From Klebsormidium nitens (lineage: Eukaryota; Plantae; Klebsormidiophyceae), in NCBI GenBank assembly GCA_000708835.1, contig DF236955.1, positions 421,745 through 485,744 on the forward strand: a stretch of 64,000 bases of DNA, written 5' to 3'. The position numbers and the translations under genes are program-made. Under the pieces are notes generated by a model. It saw only the letters and a program-made list of their open reading frames with translations, had not been told where the DNA came from and searched no databases. Positions 1 to 13,900 of the stretch are shown piece by piece (position 1 is the first letter of the stretch; each line of letters starts with the position of its first letter).

Positions 1-628
1 GAGCTCGGACATAACTACTGCGCACGAAGTATGCAACACCGAGGGCCGGAGAAATGCTGCGACGAGTATGCATCTTGATCGTACCACATATAACGTACGT
101 ACGTTTCAAATCATTTGCAGAGCAACATGGCATCGTAGACTTAAATTCATGAAGATCTTCCCGAGCTCGTATACTCTCACTCCAGTTGAAGGATCACAGC
201 TAAAATCGAGTTCTGCCGTCATGACAAGCTTCACAATCTCGTCTATCGACTTGCACGTTATCCGTGCCAAGCCAATGAGCGCTCTAGTTCTCGGGTCTTC
301 ATGTTACACTGATCTTGCACCTAAGCCTGTTCCCGCAATGCAGTTCCTCTTCGACCAAAAAGAAGCGCTACCTAATGCCGCATGGACAATGGTACACATT
401 TGACTGCAGGTGAACTCTCGAACCCGTCGCTAAAGTACAAGCATCAAATCGCGGTCAACCCGCCTACGCCCTCCGCTCCGGAAGGTTGACCGATTCCAAT
501 CTGCCTATGAGCGCAGCGCTGGCATCAAGGATCCGAAGCCTAAAAACTCAAAACAAGTGCCCAAAGTGCCCGCTCTAAACGACAGCCTCTCTCCAGGGGG
601 GTTGCTTTTGCCGCGTTCCGAATGTGGC

Positions 629-3600
629 TCATTGGGGGGTGTACAACGCGACTGCTGCCGCGGCCGCGTTCAGCCAGGCGGCGGCCGCCTTGGCCCCCGG
701 GTCGGGAACCTGGCTCAGCACTTCGGGGGGCACGTAGCTCGAGCGGCCGGCCTGGATGGAGAAGAACAAAAGTGAAACACCTGACTGGGTACCGTGGAAA
801 TATGCGTAAGATTCTGACGGTGCTCACATTTGAGCACCATGAAGGGCGGCACGGATGATACAGAAGGATTTCAGCCGATCTGCTGACAGATGCAAAGCAG
901 CCGAGGAACCGAGAAGCACTCCGGAGCAGAAAGTCGTTGACCTAGGGTCTATGCTCTTATATTGCATGCGGTCAAATAAAGTCACCCCGTGTTGTTTGTT
1001 GCCCCTCTTAAAGATGTCACGGCGATCACTTGGGGCCCCCGTCTCTGTGTTGGCCCAATGACGAGAAGCGCAGGAGCGTGCGCATTGCTGACCCCTTTCT
1101 TTTCAAAAGGGGTTTTAGTGTTTCCAAATTTTAGGGGTTTTTGGGGTTTTTAGTTTAGAACAGTGGAGCTCACCAGCGCAACCATTTTAAGGGTCTCCTC
1201 GGCGCCAGCAGCCGCGGCGTGGGCGGCGGCCACGAAGGCGTCCCCAGGACTCTCCCGTGACTGCAACCGCTGCGAGCAGAGCAAAAATACGGTTCGTCTG
1301 ACGCCCAAACAAGCAATCCGTTTTACGCTCGAGCGAGAGGGAGGCAATGAACGCGACCGAATTCCAAGTGAGAAAGGGAGCGCTTCAAGAGTCCTCAGCA
1401 ACGCTTTGCCGGTTCTATGTCCAAAACCAGCGTTCCAATGGCTCTTTCACTCGCGAAACAGATGCGAACAACATTGACTGAACTTCTTTACAAAACTCGC
1501 AACATGATGTGGATAACGCGGCAACAGTTTGTCACGCAGACTTCCGCTCCGCGGCGACGTTCCCTCCTTCCACGTGGCACGCTTACCTTGGTGAGGGTTT
1601 TGGATGCGGGCAGCAGGGCGTCGAGCATCGTCCGGTAGCCGGCCGCCGCGCCGCCGTACTTGGAGACGGAGCTCACGGCGGCCTCGAACGCAGCAGCCCC
1701 TGAAGCAGAGGAAGCAGATCAAGTTTTGGCTTGAGATACAGCCAGGTTGAGATGGGTCAGTCTCTTGGGGACGGATGGGGTTATTTCGGGTGTTTTGGTT
1801 GGGTACAGCGAGGAACGCGTGAGTTTTAGCTTTAGGATTTTATATCAGTGCGTTTTCTCGTTTAATTTGTGTTTCAACATGGCTTGAGTCGACCGAAAAT
1901 CGAGACTTGGCTGAAGCAGCAGGCCAATCCTCACGGATTGCACCACTCCCAGAGTCTGCGTTAGACCTGTTCTTGCAGGGACGGCTTCTTTGGGTAGCTT
2001 GCGGTAGAAAAGTCAGATGGGCAGCTCTTTCAACAGGGAAGCTTCAAAGAAAGTGCAGGAAGTCAATGAGTCCGGGCTCACAGTCTAGCGGCGACGGCGA
2101 GCTTGTGCCGCGGAGAGAGGCGTAGGCGGCGCGGCAGAAGACGTCGTACCTGCGGGGGAGCTTTCGGGGTCAGCTTCGGTAAGAAGAAGCATAGGAAGTG
2201 CGCGAGACAACGCTGCGAAGCTGTTGGTTTTCAAATTCTAATCACAGAGACGCCGACACTACCAAGTTGCGGACCGTCAATGGGTTGGAAGGGTGGCGAA
2301 GGGAGATAGTCCGGACACTTGCAGTTGAAAGCACGGGCAAAATCTTTGTGGATCTAGGGGGCCGGGCTTACAAGACTCCAATAGTGCCCCCCATTGCATG
2401 CCGCACTGACGCGCCAACCTCCTTCACCGTCTCAGCCGCATCGTTCAGTGGATACCTGCAGCACAAGACAATCGGTTTTCCGTCGCACTTGGAACACCAA
2501 ACGCTTGCCCGAGCTATTTCGAGCATCAAGCTCGAGAGAGCTGTAGTCTTCGCTTGTGACTTCTCGGAAGACAGCGTGGCAGCCCAATCTCTCGTGTAAG
2601 GGTCAACCGAAGCAGTTCGTAGCTTTTCTGTAGAGCTCAAACTGGACAGACCGATTCTGGGCTGGCCCGTTCTATATCCTTTTATTCAAGAAGTCGGTGC
2701 TCTGCCAGATGCACTTAGATGCTCAATCGCTGCCATGTCGATCGCATGTATGTACGCGGGTGCGGCTCACAAATTCCTTTCCAGAGTAAACGATAATAGC
2801 AGCCAAGCAGTCGTTTTCAACAAGGAAACTGTCAGAAGAATTAAGAGTGACTGTGCCTATGATGATTTAAAAGTCGCAGGAACGAAAGGCCGGTTGATTA
2901 CGGGAGCGCATACCTGTGCCAAATGTCGTCCAGTACTGCTGCCGCCCCCTTCCGCATCTGCACTTGGGACATCCGGCGGTCAACCTCCGCTATGCGACCA
3001 GCCACTTCAACATACTCGGAAGATTGAGCCAGCTCGGAAACAACCGACCGTGACAACACGGCCCCAGTACGTGATGGAAATCCGAGAATATGTGTTGAAG
3101 CAATAGCCGGCCACATTCAAGCACGTGAGGCCCTAGAGGGGTCAGATGTTCAGCTATGCCCTGAGATATTCAATAAGCCGGGATAGCGTCGAACCTCTCA
3201 GACGTCAGACGAACAGACCACATTTTAATCCTCGCACCTCAGCAACAGGACCTCAGCCCAAAGCCTCAGTTTACGAGTCCTAAGCCTTCTCATTCAATCC
3301 TCGATCTCGAGTCTGTTGAGTCAGTGAGCAGTAAGCCCAGTAAAGGTTGCATGGACGCGCAGGTACTTGGAAGCGGGCGCGGTTACCAGGCACGAGATGT
3401 TCAACAACGCGCTTATTCGTGACTAGGAAAACAATCTTGTCTTACCAAGAAAAAGAATCTTTGACCCTTCCCGCCCTTACCGAGGTGCCGCAGTCGCCGT
3501 CCCCCGTGCGCGCGTCCCACTCGTTGAGCTGCTGCTCCATGTCCACCAGCGCCTCCGCGCCCGCCCGGATCGCCGCTTCTAGCAGGCGCCCCGACTCGCT

Positions 3601-6600
3601 CAGCTCCGCGGGGCGCGAGGGAGCCTGCACAATATGAGAAAAGACATCGCTGGAGAGAGCATTTCGAGTTCAACCAGGCGCCCCTATAAGACATGACAGA
3701 AGCTCATTTTCCTGACTGGCTCAGTCAGCAGGGCACAAAGGGCTTGCTGACGGAGAGGAAAGGCGGTATCCCCCCGCTCGACAGGCTGAATGTTACTGTG
3801 GGAAAAAAGGTGATGACTTGTATCAACATGCACTCTTGGGTGCTGTATGTGAAAAAGAGCAACTAGATTGAAGAGATGGTTTGATGGGGCCAGGCCCGCC
3901 GCCTTGCCAGTCTTTCATAATGGCATAGGATGCTGCTCATCCGTTCAGACGAAAAGGGTTCGTTTGATGACTACGTCTCATAGATTGGGAGTTGTGGCTC
4001 ACGGTTTCGTTGGTGGGGTTGGAGGGCATGGGGACGGGCACGCTGATCATGGGGCGCGGCCCCCCTGCGCATGAGGGCCAGGCCGGGGCGCGGGTGGGAG
4101 CGTCCAGGCGCTGCAGGATGCGGTCGGTAACGCGCAGGACCGACAGCGACATGCCTGCAACAGAACGAAATGGAGGGTTTAAGCAATGGCGAAGCTGAGT
4201 CCATCGTGTAGTCGCTGTGCGAGACTTTAGGCTGTGAGAGGACGAGAGAACTACGGGGTTGCATTGGACCAGAGTATATAACCCCGGTTCCGTCTAAGAC
4301 GAGTCCTTCATATCAGCAGACTTGCAAGCAACAGACTGCCTCACGTTTCAAGATCCGGACAGTCCCATTCGGCTTAAGCGGCCAGCTTCGTCCGAACGAA
4401 TGCTCATACGGTTGCTTCAGGGCTTGTGTGAAAGGAGCAGCTTGTGTCAGAAGTCCGCATGAGTTTACTGCAGCGACCAGGGCGCATTCCCATCTCACCC
4501 GCCATGTCCAGGGAGGTCATGAAGGAGCCGGTGTAAACGCGCTCCACTGCGAGCCCGTACTCCACCTGTAGCGTCGCCACCGCCTTGCCCGCCGCAATCA
4601 GCAGCTCCATCTGAGGCGTGGCGCCCAGCCTGCGACACGGGGGTGGGGGACGTTACCAATCACGAGCGCTCGACGGGTTGCGTCTCCGTCTCGGCTTTAA
4701 TCAGTCACTTCGTTCTGGCGACCCCAATGCAGTGTTCAGAACTCAGGCACCAAAGTAACTACGATGATAGGGTTTGCCACCGCTGTCTCAGCAACAACAT
4801 GTATAGCAGACGTCTCCTTCCAACGATTGAACGAGTAACAAATGTGGAAAACGGCCGACCTGCTTTGCTAAAGGAATGTAGAAAGCCACTGCAGAAACCT
4901 CTAAACTGGCCCCGAACCACGGTGGATAATAGAAGGACTCTATATCCACTCTCGATTGTAATAAAATTATGAGGAAGCCCACGATGTGAAAATGGGCATT
5001 GAATGAAAAGTTTGCTGTCAGATAGGGCGAGCCGTCCAGCCTGGCAAGCAGTGGGGCTCGAAACCCTCGTCAAATCGACAAGAGCAGCCACTCCTCACCC
5101 GTTGACCATAAGCACAACACGTTCCCCTCGGTCGATCTTGAGATACTGCGTCTCCTGCAGCGGATGAGCAACGGGAATGAGTGACGAGAGAACTTTCCGC
5201 TAGAGCAGGTCCGTTGCCTTTACAGTGTGACAGGCTGGACACTCGCGTCAATACTTGCGGATTCCCTGTCCATTATTCCGGTCGGCTGAAGAGATGTGCC
5301 AGGAAAGAGCCCCTGCAAAGATCGACCCATAACTGGCGAAAAGAATGTGTCAGGAATATCGAATTCACTGCATATACTGCCTTGAACCTTTGATGGCCTC
5401 TGGTTTCCACTGCGTCCAATCGTGCAATGAGCAGTCGGCCCTAACGGCGTTCAGCAAATTTTTTGAAACGTACGCTCGGAGAAATAATTGTAAAGGGGCT
5501 TTCCCATTGAAGAGAACCTAAGACTTCAGTCTGCCCTTCTTAAGGCTAGAAAGGCCAGCCTGACGGGTTCACAATCGTTCGTTCCACCGTTCGAGAAAAC
5601 ACAGTAAATCAGTCATTTAGGCTTATAGGTCAAACGCAAGTGTGGAGCAGCGCTCACAGCATGGTCAAGATGAGAATGCACATCGACGAGAAACGACATG
5701 GCGCCTCACCGGGTCAAGGATCTTTTGCAGGACGTGGCTGACGATCGCATCCACGGGCTGCACGTCAGCGACAGCGGCGCCGGGCTCCCCGTGCTGCAGC
5801 CACCCAAACGGGGGTCCGTTACATCCGGTCAAACTTTCACGTTTGCAGATCCTAAGAACTTCCGTCCTCGTCTCATATCGTCCGAAGTGTACGTTCTCGA
5901 GCGTTGTAGAATATAGCGCCTGGTCCCAGGTTAAGCGGCCGAAGAAGAAAGGACAAGCATGCTCCTCAACTGGCGGACTACTAGGATGCCCGCCCAGGGT
6001 TAGTCCCAAACAATCAACGTAAAGGTCAAACGCGTTGCGCGAAGTTGATCTGCAATGCGTCGTCTCACCTGGCATACGCTGATCTGCCGTGCACTCGTAC
6101 TATCCTACCGTTAGGAAGAGTGGGCTAAAAAGGAAGAAGAGACTTCAGAGATCAGACTAATTCGGTAACCGCAAACAGCTGCCTTTGGCATTGCCAGCAA
6201 GCCACGTGTCTCAATCTTGAACTAGAGCGGCGGCTCACGATGCCTAGGCCCAATTCCATCTTGCCCGCCCCCAGCCGGTCCGAGGGAGTCGCTCCAGGCA
6301 GCGTGCAGACCATGAGCGCCACCCCCATGGTGCCGACAGCCCCCGCCACGCTCTGCGCTTCCGCCAAAACGTCCCCCAGGCTCTTGCCCTCCGCGGCAGC
6401 TGCTCCGGCGACCTAGCGAGGGGAAAAGCAAAACCTGGACGTCAGACTCTCGCGAAGCCTGGCGTTTAAGCCTTTGCCGATAGGCTGACAACTTCTGGCC
6501 ACCTGGCGAGGGGAAGAGGAAAACCTGGACGTCACATACGAAGTCTTCCGGAAGCCTGGCGTTTTGGCCTTTGCCGACGGGCTGAAAGCTCCTGGTCAAC

Positions 6601-9600
6601 TGGGATAAGAACAACGGCATCCACGGATTTATAACGAGTTCAAAGAGACTTTGCACGGTTATCAGTTGCTCCTACATCAAGTCAACCTGGCTTTGTCACG
6701 GGCGGATTTGTTGTGTGCTCCAAGCCGCAGGCCTTCATTGAAAGACGTGGACAGCTGTCAAGGAGTGCTGCCCGAAGCAGCCTCTGTCCTGGGACACCGC
6801 AGAAGTATCAAAAAGACTGCAACGCTTCTGAAGCCGAACCGGGCTGCTATTACCTTGTGCACGAAGAGCGTGCCGGCGAGACCTCTCCGGCCGGCCAAGC
6901 CGCGGGGCGGGGGCAGCGCGCAGTCGTCGCCCACAATCACCATCTGCGAAACAGCAGAGACAAATGAGTTTGCGGAGATAGGCACATCCCCGACCGTGCT
7001 TCCACTCCCTCAACCACATCACTGACTCGTTGAACAGCTCACAGAAACAGGGCGGTGAAGAGCCGGCAGGCATCTCCTTCAGAGCGACGAAGTCCCTGTC
7101 TGGACACTACACGTTGCCATAGTAAAGCATTGTGATTTTGCAGATTTGCGCGGGGTCAGTCACCTCGACTTTGTAGCCCTCCGCCTTGGCCTGCTCCGCT
7201 GCCAGCCCGAAGTTGAGCCGATCGCCCGTGTAGTTCTGCGAGCAGACGCTAAGGGACATGAACGGCCGTGCAGGAAAATCGGACAGTTGCAAATTCTTCA
7301 GTTGGAGGACAACTGTCTACGTCGAACTCGGGATTAGTAACCATAGTTCCTAGCACCTTTCTCTGTGAGAGGACTGAAAGTTTCACCTTCCTCGCTGTGG
7401 ACGGTTCGATCGTCGGAAGGGGACATTGGACGGTTGAGCAGTCGTGCAGCGAATGCTTGATCAGAGAGTTGGGTGCTTGATCTGACACATGTAGCTTTTA
7501 ACAAGGACTGACACGTTCCTTTCGACAGAACAACCTGCCAATACCATTGGCCATGTCAGTCGAAGAGCTGCCATACGTCTCACAGCCGAAAACGCTCATG
7601 ACATCCATAAGGCCTTTCTGACAGAGTGGTCGTGTGAGCTTCTAATATCCTGAGCTGACGATTGCAACGAGGCGGGATCAGGTAACTTCGGTGATTCTTC
7701 CAGATGAGATGCTGCTTGTACACCTGCCGCATTGTGCCAAATGGCTTCGCAAGTCGACAAGCTCGATTCCCGATCGGGTCTCACCTTGACAATCAAGAGG
7801 CACCCTGGTGCTCCCGTCACAGCACGAATGGCCTGCAAAAGGAGACAAGGATGCCGCTATCTTGACGGTTCCAGTTGCTCCGCGTTTTGTCGAAGTCGGA
7901 ACAGAACAGGTTTTCACATCTGCTGACCAAATCGGCGGACTGCAAAGTTCGACAGGACCCACATCGAATCACTTTAGCGGTGTTCTGATCGGAAGGTGGG
8001 GAGCGGGTCAATCATCGTGAACTTACTCACGTGACCCTTGATCAGTCAATTACGGCTCGTAACGTATATTACTGTTTGAGGATTCCAAAGTGGCATCTTT
8101 ACTGTAGTAGGTTACACTATGTCTCCTGTGTATATTCGATGTGGCAATCTGGGGCTTCGGCTTAGGAGCACTCACCGCCAGCACTGCGGCCACAGTGGGC
8201 GATGCAAAGATGTCGCCGCATACTGCTGCCGTGAGCATCCCTTGCCCCACGTAACCTGCGTGCGCCGGCTCGTGACCACTGCCTCCCCCTACAGCCACAA
8301 GCAATTCCAATCAAAATACGGATCAACAAAGGGACTGAAAACTAACAAGGCTAGCAACAGCTAGTCCATCCTTCGTGCTCTTTCCCAGCCGTGAATTTGG
8401 GCGAAAGCCTTGTAAGGGCTCTTGTACGTCATTTTCGGCGGAGCTGCCACTGCCTGTTTGTCCAATCGCGTCCAGCTCTGTGATAGAAGATTCTTCAAGG
8501 AAATTGCTTCTGTCATGCCCTGAAACCGTCAAAAAGCAAGCTCCAGCTCGCGCAAGTGTCCTATAGACTGCCACCAAATTTGCCTGTTACAAAATGAAAT
8601 CTATATCAAAATTGGAATCTATAACCGTCAACGAACAAGCACCGAAGCTACCAACTCATAAGGGAACTGGTCAATCTGATCTCAAAAGTGTACAGATGGT
8701 AGACTTTCCACCAGCTGTAGCCGCGCCAGAACCATGACACTGGGCAAAGTTCACCCGCTAAGATCAATGCCCCTTAAACCCACCGTGGTCGGTTGGCTTG
8801 TGTCCGAAACGAATTGCTTGGAACATCCCAGTAGAGAGACCCTCGCTTATCTATCCTGAGATGATCTCTTTGAGAACCTGTTCTGACCTGATATGACGGC
8901 CACTCTGTTGTACGTGCCCCTGGACACATCAGTACGAAGCACAACTTTGACCTGCGAGTGCAGTGGCTCTCAGAAATTCAGTGCCTGTCACATTGATTAC
9001 TAATGCTGGCCTCTAAATCAGATAGGTGATGAGGCGTATACATCAGCATCGCTGTGTGGGGGCACGTTTTTAAACATATGCAGGATTGACACAGGCAACG
9101 TTGCAATTCGTCACAATGCTAGACAGAGCCTCTCGTTCCAGAAAGAGTCCTACGACCACTAAATATTTTTGGCCTGCTTCAATCTGGACTCAAGTTGGTC
9201 ATTCGATCGAAAGCTCCAGCTATCATCCAAGTATTACCATTCCGCACCTCTCTGTACCCTCTCTTGGCCTTCCCGCCCGACATCAAGCAAACAGCTAAGT
9301 GATCACACGGGAAAAAGAGATTCCCAATGTCTACACTCACCTCTGGAAAGCCGTCAAGGCGTTGCAAGCCCTGAAACGTCTCCACCATGCCGTCAATCAT
9401 CTCTGTGACACAGTCTGCGAATACAAAGCCACCGTAAGGTCGTCATACATCTTCATCTACCAAGAACCACCAGACACTGATGTGACAGCGCCCAAGGCAA
9501 CTGCGCTGGCGGACAAGTGGGCCAAAAAGAGTGCCCACAAGGCTACTTATGAGCACTCAGCTTTCATGGCTTCCAAACCGTTGGAAGTACTTCGCTACAT

Positions 9601-9874
9601 TTGGGTGCATGGGTGAGGCCACATCCATGGCATATCTCCAACTGTTGTGGAGCACAGCGCCAAGCACAACCATGCATCTTGGATTGATTTGGCATGTACG
9701 TTCTTGATCAACGACACAAACGTGTGCACATTCCACGCGCGACGAACAACTTAGAATTAACCGGCACAATCCAAAGGCAGGGGCCAAAGTAGCCAACTAG
9801 GAGCAGGCGGTGGGCTCACCGCTGACGTCGTTGATGAATTTCTTCGACGCTCCCGACAGCGACAGCGGCGCCAT
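629..9874 (-). CDS. DAK: Dihydroxyacetone kinase / triokinase (DhaK+DhaL fusion), 19 exons
   Basis: Exons read with GT-AG borders: 9820-9874, 9341-9414, 8888-8951, 8176-8288, 7785-7832, 7164-7235, 6854-6943, 6239-6412, 5710-5793, 5099-5154, 4499-4629, 4003-4154, 3481-3624, 2914-2957, 2372-2455, 2082-2149, 1587-1699, 1174-1269, 629-751. Motifs [71 protein letters not shown]. In-frame upstream ATGs exist out to 10027. Confidence 0.95.
6412..6595. repeat. ~90 bp tandem duplication of an intron 3' end/splice acceptor inside DAK
   Basis: ACCTAGCGAGGGGAAAAGCAAAACCTGGACGTCA...GAAGCCTGGCGTTT..GCCTTTGCCGA starting at 6411 recurs as ACCTGGCGAGGGGAAGAGGAAAACCTGGACGTCA...GAAGCCTGGCGTTT..GCCTTTGCCGA at 6501. 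Confidence 0.85.
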
Positions 9875-10995
9875 GGGCGACCGAGGGCTGAGTGAAATCT
9901 TGGCGGGCGACTGGGGCACATGATTGCCGGGCATGCCCAGGGCAGCCAACCGGGGGGACTCAAAGGGGCTGCGCCCGCCTTGGGGAGTCCTCCCAACCTG
10001 GCCCTGGGGACTGTTTGGAGGGAACATGCTGGCTAAACTTCAACCTTGGCCGCTACTCTTGCAAGAGTTTCTTGGCTGCGTCACTGTTGTGTCCACATAC
10101 TGACCCTATGTGACCTGTTGCTCAGTCTCGCGGTGGTGGGCAGTTGTCCGCTTCAAGCTGTGCGCTTTTTGCTCTGACTGACTGCAGGGTAGGCTCAACA
10201 GCAGGTGGTGTCAGCGTCCAAGCGCTGCTACTTTCGTGCACGCTTTTTCAGAGCTAGGCCTGCATTGCGGGATGGGAGGACACAATGCATCGAGGATGAA
10301 GCCAACCTGACCCTAAGAGATGTGAAGGCCTCAAGATGTCGATACCAACGTGGCACCTCTGTTAGAAGCAGAAGCCGTGTAGCCGATGCACGACGCCCTA
10401 CAGCAGATTCCCTAGCTCAGGTGCATTTGATTACCCCACCTTTCTGACCACCTTCGAAGCATCTGTATGCGGCTCAGCACTTCATTAATGCAAGCTGCGA
10501 AATGTGGGCAGCCTGAGGACGCCGCCCTTTCCAGCTGCGTAGCGTCACGTATCGTCTTGGGACTGGTGGTACGTACGTCTAGGCGCTCAGAAATCCAGGC
10601 AGAAGCATTGACTAAGACATTTTGAATGAGACAAGAAGACGTCTGCTCAGACTCAGAGTTATGTGCCACCTGTGCTGGCATCTGTTGAGCGGATAATTGA
10701 GACGTGCTTGAGACCTGCTGATGTCAGAGGAGCCATCTGCTGACTGGGCGGAATCCGTTTGCGATCTTCGGAATCTTGCATCACATGAACGAGCGGAATC
10801 TAGTATTCAAACACGTGTCGCTACAGGTCAATAGTAAGCGCGCGCGCGTCGAAACCACCACTCGCGCGTAAACTTAGGACTAACCTAAATTTCCTAGACC
10901 TCAAGTTGCACAGCCATGTGCAGACTCAATTGATGAACAATGAACATGGTGCATGTCCAATGCGAGCAAGTTGTTGGAACGCGTCAACAATCAAG

Positions 10996-13900
10996 ATGCT
11001 CTCTGCTTGCGCCCTTCACGAGACGCCCTGCTTGTCTTCCCTCTTGTCGAAGCTGGTGAATCGGAATCGCCTCCCCAAAGCTCTGCGATCGGTGCCTCCC
11101 CTCGCTGCCCGGCGTCACCTTGCATCCATCCCCCTGAACTCCCAAGCAATCCAGGCCCCCCTTTCAGAACAAGTTTCGAGGCCCAGCTCAATCTGTAAAC
11201 GTCCTTATTTCCAGCCGCCTTCCCTGTCTGGAAGGCTTGATTTCTGTGGCAGTAACTTGGGTCTGCGCAGTCAGAAAACAATTCACTGCTTAGGAAGAGA
11301 CCGGCAAATTGTTGGACTTCGGAGTATGGCGACAACCAGTGCAGGATTGGCAGGGGCTGCGAATGCAGAAAGCTCGCAGCACAAGCACACAAACCGGCTT
11401 GCAAAGGAAGAGAGCCCATACCTGCTCCAGCATGCGCATAACCCAGGTGGGTTAGCCCACCACCATTCGATCAGCGCACCTCTGCCTCTGAAACGAATTC
11501 TCTTACCCATCTTTTGACGAAGAAATGCTACAAAAGAGCCATTGTGATGGTGCAGTTCCCTGAAGGTTGTCTGCTCGCATCAAGGTGCGGGCACAAATGC
11601 TTGCTTGAAGAATTGGGATCTATTAATTAGAGAACATCCATGTGCAGTGGACTGGTACCCATGGGGCGAGGAGGCATTCGCCAAGGCAAAGGCGGAGAAG
11701 AAGCCCATCTTTCTGTCTGTGGGCTACAGCACATGCCACTGGTGAGCACTGGGCCCACATCTGATGAATGTTTGTCATGCCAATAGATTTTCATCATGCT
11801 AACACCATGCGTAGAATTTTTGGAAAAACGTCAGATGATTGCATGCTATTGTGTCATGGCCGTTCCGCAAGTATATTTCAACATTGTATCAAACTTCTTT
11901 GTGACTTGCATGATCCTTATCAGTATTACTGTGGTCGGAGAGGCTTGGAGGGGGGCGATGGGGTGGTGGTGCAGCTACATTTGATCGGTAGTATCTGTCC
12001 TTTGAGATTCAAATCTACATAAAGGCAAGGGTTAGTGATAAGGCACCCTTTTGAAGATGTTTGAAGGCTTGTAGTTCTTAGGTGCATGTGAAACTTTCTC
12101 CACATGCACTTACCAGATGGATACAGAACATGGTTGCTTGCATGTCAATGGAGGGGGCGCATGCGCTTCTGAATTATCCTTTTCTGAAGAAGGTTTTGAT
12201 TCAAGCTGAGAACTTGACAGGCACCGACAAACGGGCATCAACACCAGAACCTCTCAGATGGTCTAGGCCCCTTCCAATCAGAACACTGAAAAGCGCCCCC
12301 TGATGTTTCAATGACAGGTGTCATGTGATGGAGCATGAGTCGTTTGAGAGCGAGGAAGTGGCGGCAATCATGAACGCCGACTTTGTCAACATCAAGGTCG
12401 ACCGCGAGGAGCGTCCTGACGTCGACAAAGTGTACATGACATACGTGCAAGCCACGGGCACTGGAGGGGGGTGGCCCATGAGTGTGTTTCTGACCCCCGA
12501 TCTGGTGCCGTTCTTTGGCGGTACATACTTTCCTCCTAGCGACTCGTTTGGGCGGCCAGGCTTTAAGTCCATGCTGAGGTGAGGAGGGGCCCATTGTGTG
12601 GGTACTGCTGAGTTGAGAAGAGAAGGCTCTCCGCGCAAAGTCAACCCACACGTTTTTGTCACTTTTGGGTTTGAACAAAATTGTCCCTGTGGCAACTCAT
12701 TGGAGTTGCGGTTTCGTGTTTACTGTTCAAAGAAGACTGATATTCACGCACAGATTGCTGCGGCATCTCCAATCTGCAAAGCCCATACATCCCTTTTGGC
12801 AGGTATGTATACCGCTGCCACAATGATTGGAAGACCTTGGTCTGAAAGGCAAGAGAAGCCTCTTCACCCCACCTCATGCGAACCTACATGATCGTCTCTA
12901 CATTGCGTTAATTCTCAAGGGATCTCACTAACCCACGGCGCCCTTTTGCAGACGCATCAAGGAGGTGTGGGACACCCGGCAGAGCGACCTGGTGGAGAGC
13001 GGTGCGAGCGCGATGGCGCAGCTTGCCGAGGCGACTGAGAACGTGGCCAGCTCGCAGGAGTTCCAGGTTGCCACGGCGCAGCAGATTGTCGCCAAGGGTG
13101 CAGAAGATGTGGGTGTCGATGCGCAGAAGACCCTTTGTTCTTGAGAGGATGTGATTGGCTGGTTGAACGACCGAAAGTGTTTGTGCCTTCTGAATGGGAT
13201 CGTATGCCCACAGCAATGACGAGTAACTGACAGTGTTTGTGATCTCCTGAACGGGATGTTTCAGGCCCACAACAATGATGGGCTCGCTCATCCTTATTTG
13301 CTGTGCCACAATCTTCGTTTCTCTGCGGTTACACCTCCGATCTGCGAGAGTTGACAGCAGCCGGGCTTCAAGAGAGCATTTGAGTATGTCAAGGTTCCTA
13401 TCCGTCTGCTCTTTGATAGGGTCACGTCAACATTGTAAAAAGACGACCTGCGATTCGGCTTCGTGGAATTGCCCCATTGGCAAATCATGGATTGTGATAT
13501 TCCCGATAGGATTAAGGCCCCAATCTACATCACGCTCGGGTGTTCAAACTGCCGAACTTAACATGGCGTCAACTTCCGTGCAACTTGGTGGATTTTTTTT
13601 TTAAAGGCTAGAGTCAGCCGGACGTTGAGTGTGCGAACCTGGCCTTGGGCAGCTTTTGGACGGCAGAAATCTTGTTCATTATTTCTACGAAGCCACAGGT
13701 TGCCCGCTACCTTCGTCACCAGACGATTGCCTCGATCGACCACACCCTTCTTTGGTCTTCAAACTTATGTTGCTTTCTTCAACTCCAAACCCTTCTTTCC
13801 AACCCGTCCGTGAGCTCAAAGCCCCCACGTTCTCCATGCCCAAAGTCTTGCAGTTTTAAAGATTACCCTCCTCTCGGTCCGATTGCAGCTGGCCGCGCGT

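Noticed and set aside
68-403. ORF at the window start and a protein-like antisense stretch (CKSIDEIVKLVMTAELDF...)
   Set aside because: Short, bounded by stops, no family recognised; insufficient support.
1108-1158. Telomere-like TTTTAGGGG / TTTTGGGG runs in a DAK intron
   Set aside because: Short and irregular with no consistent period; more likely low-complexity intron sequence.
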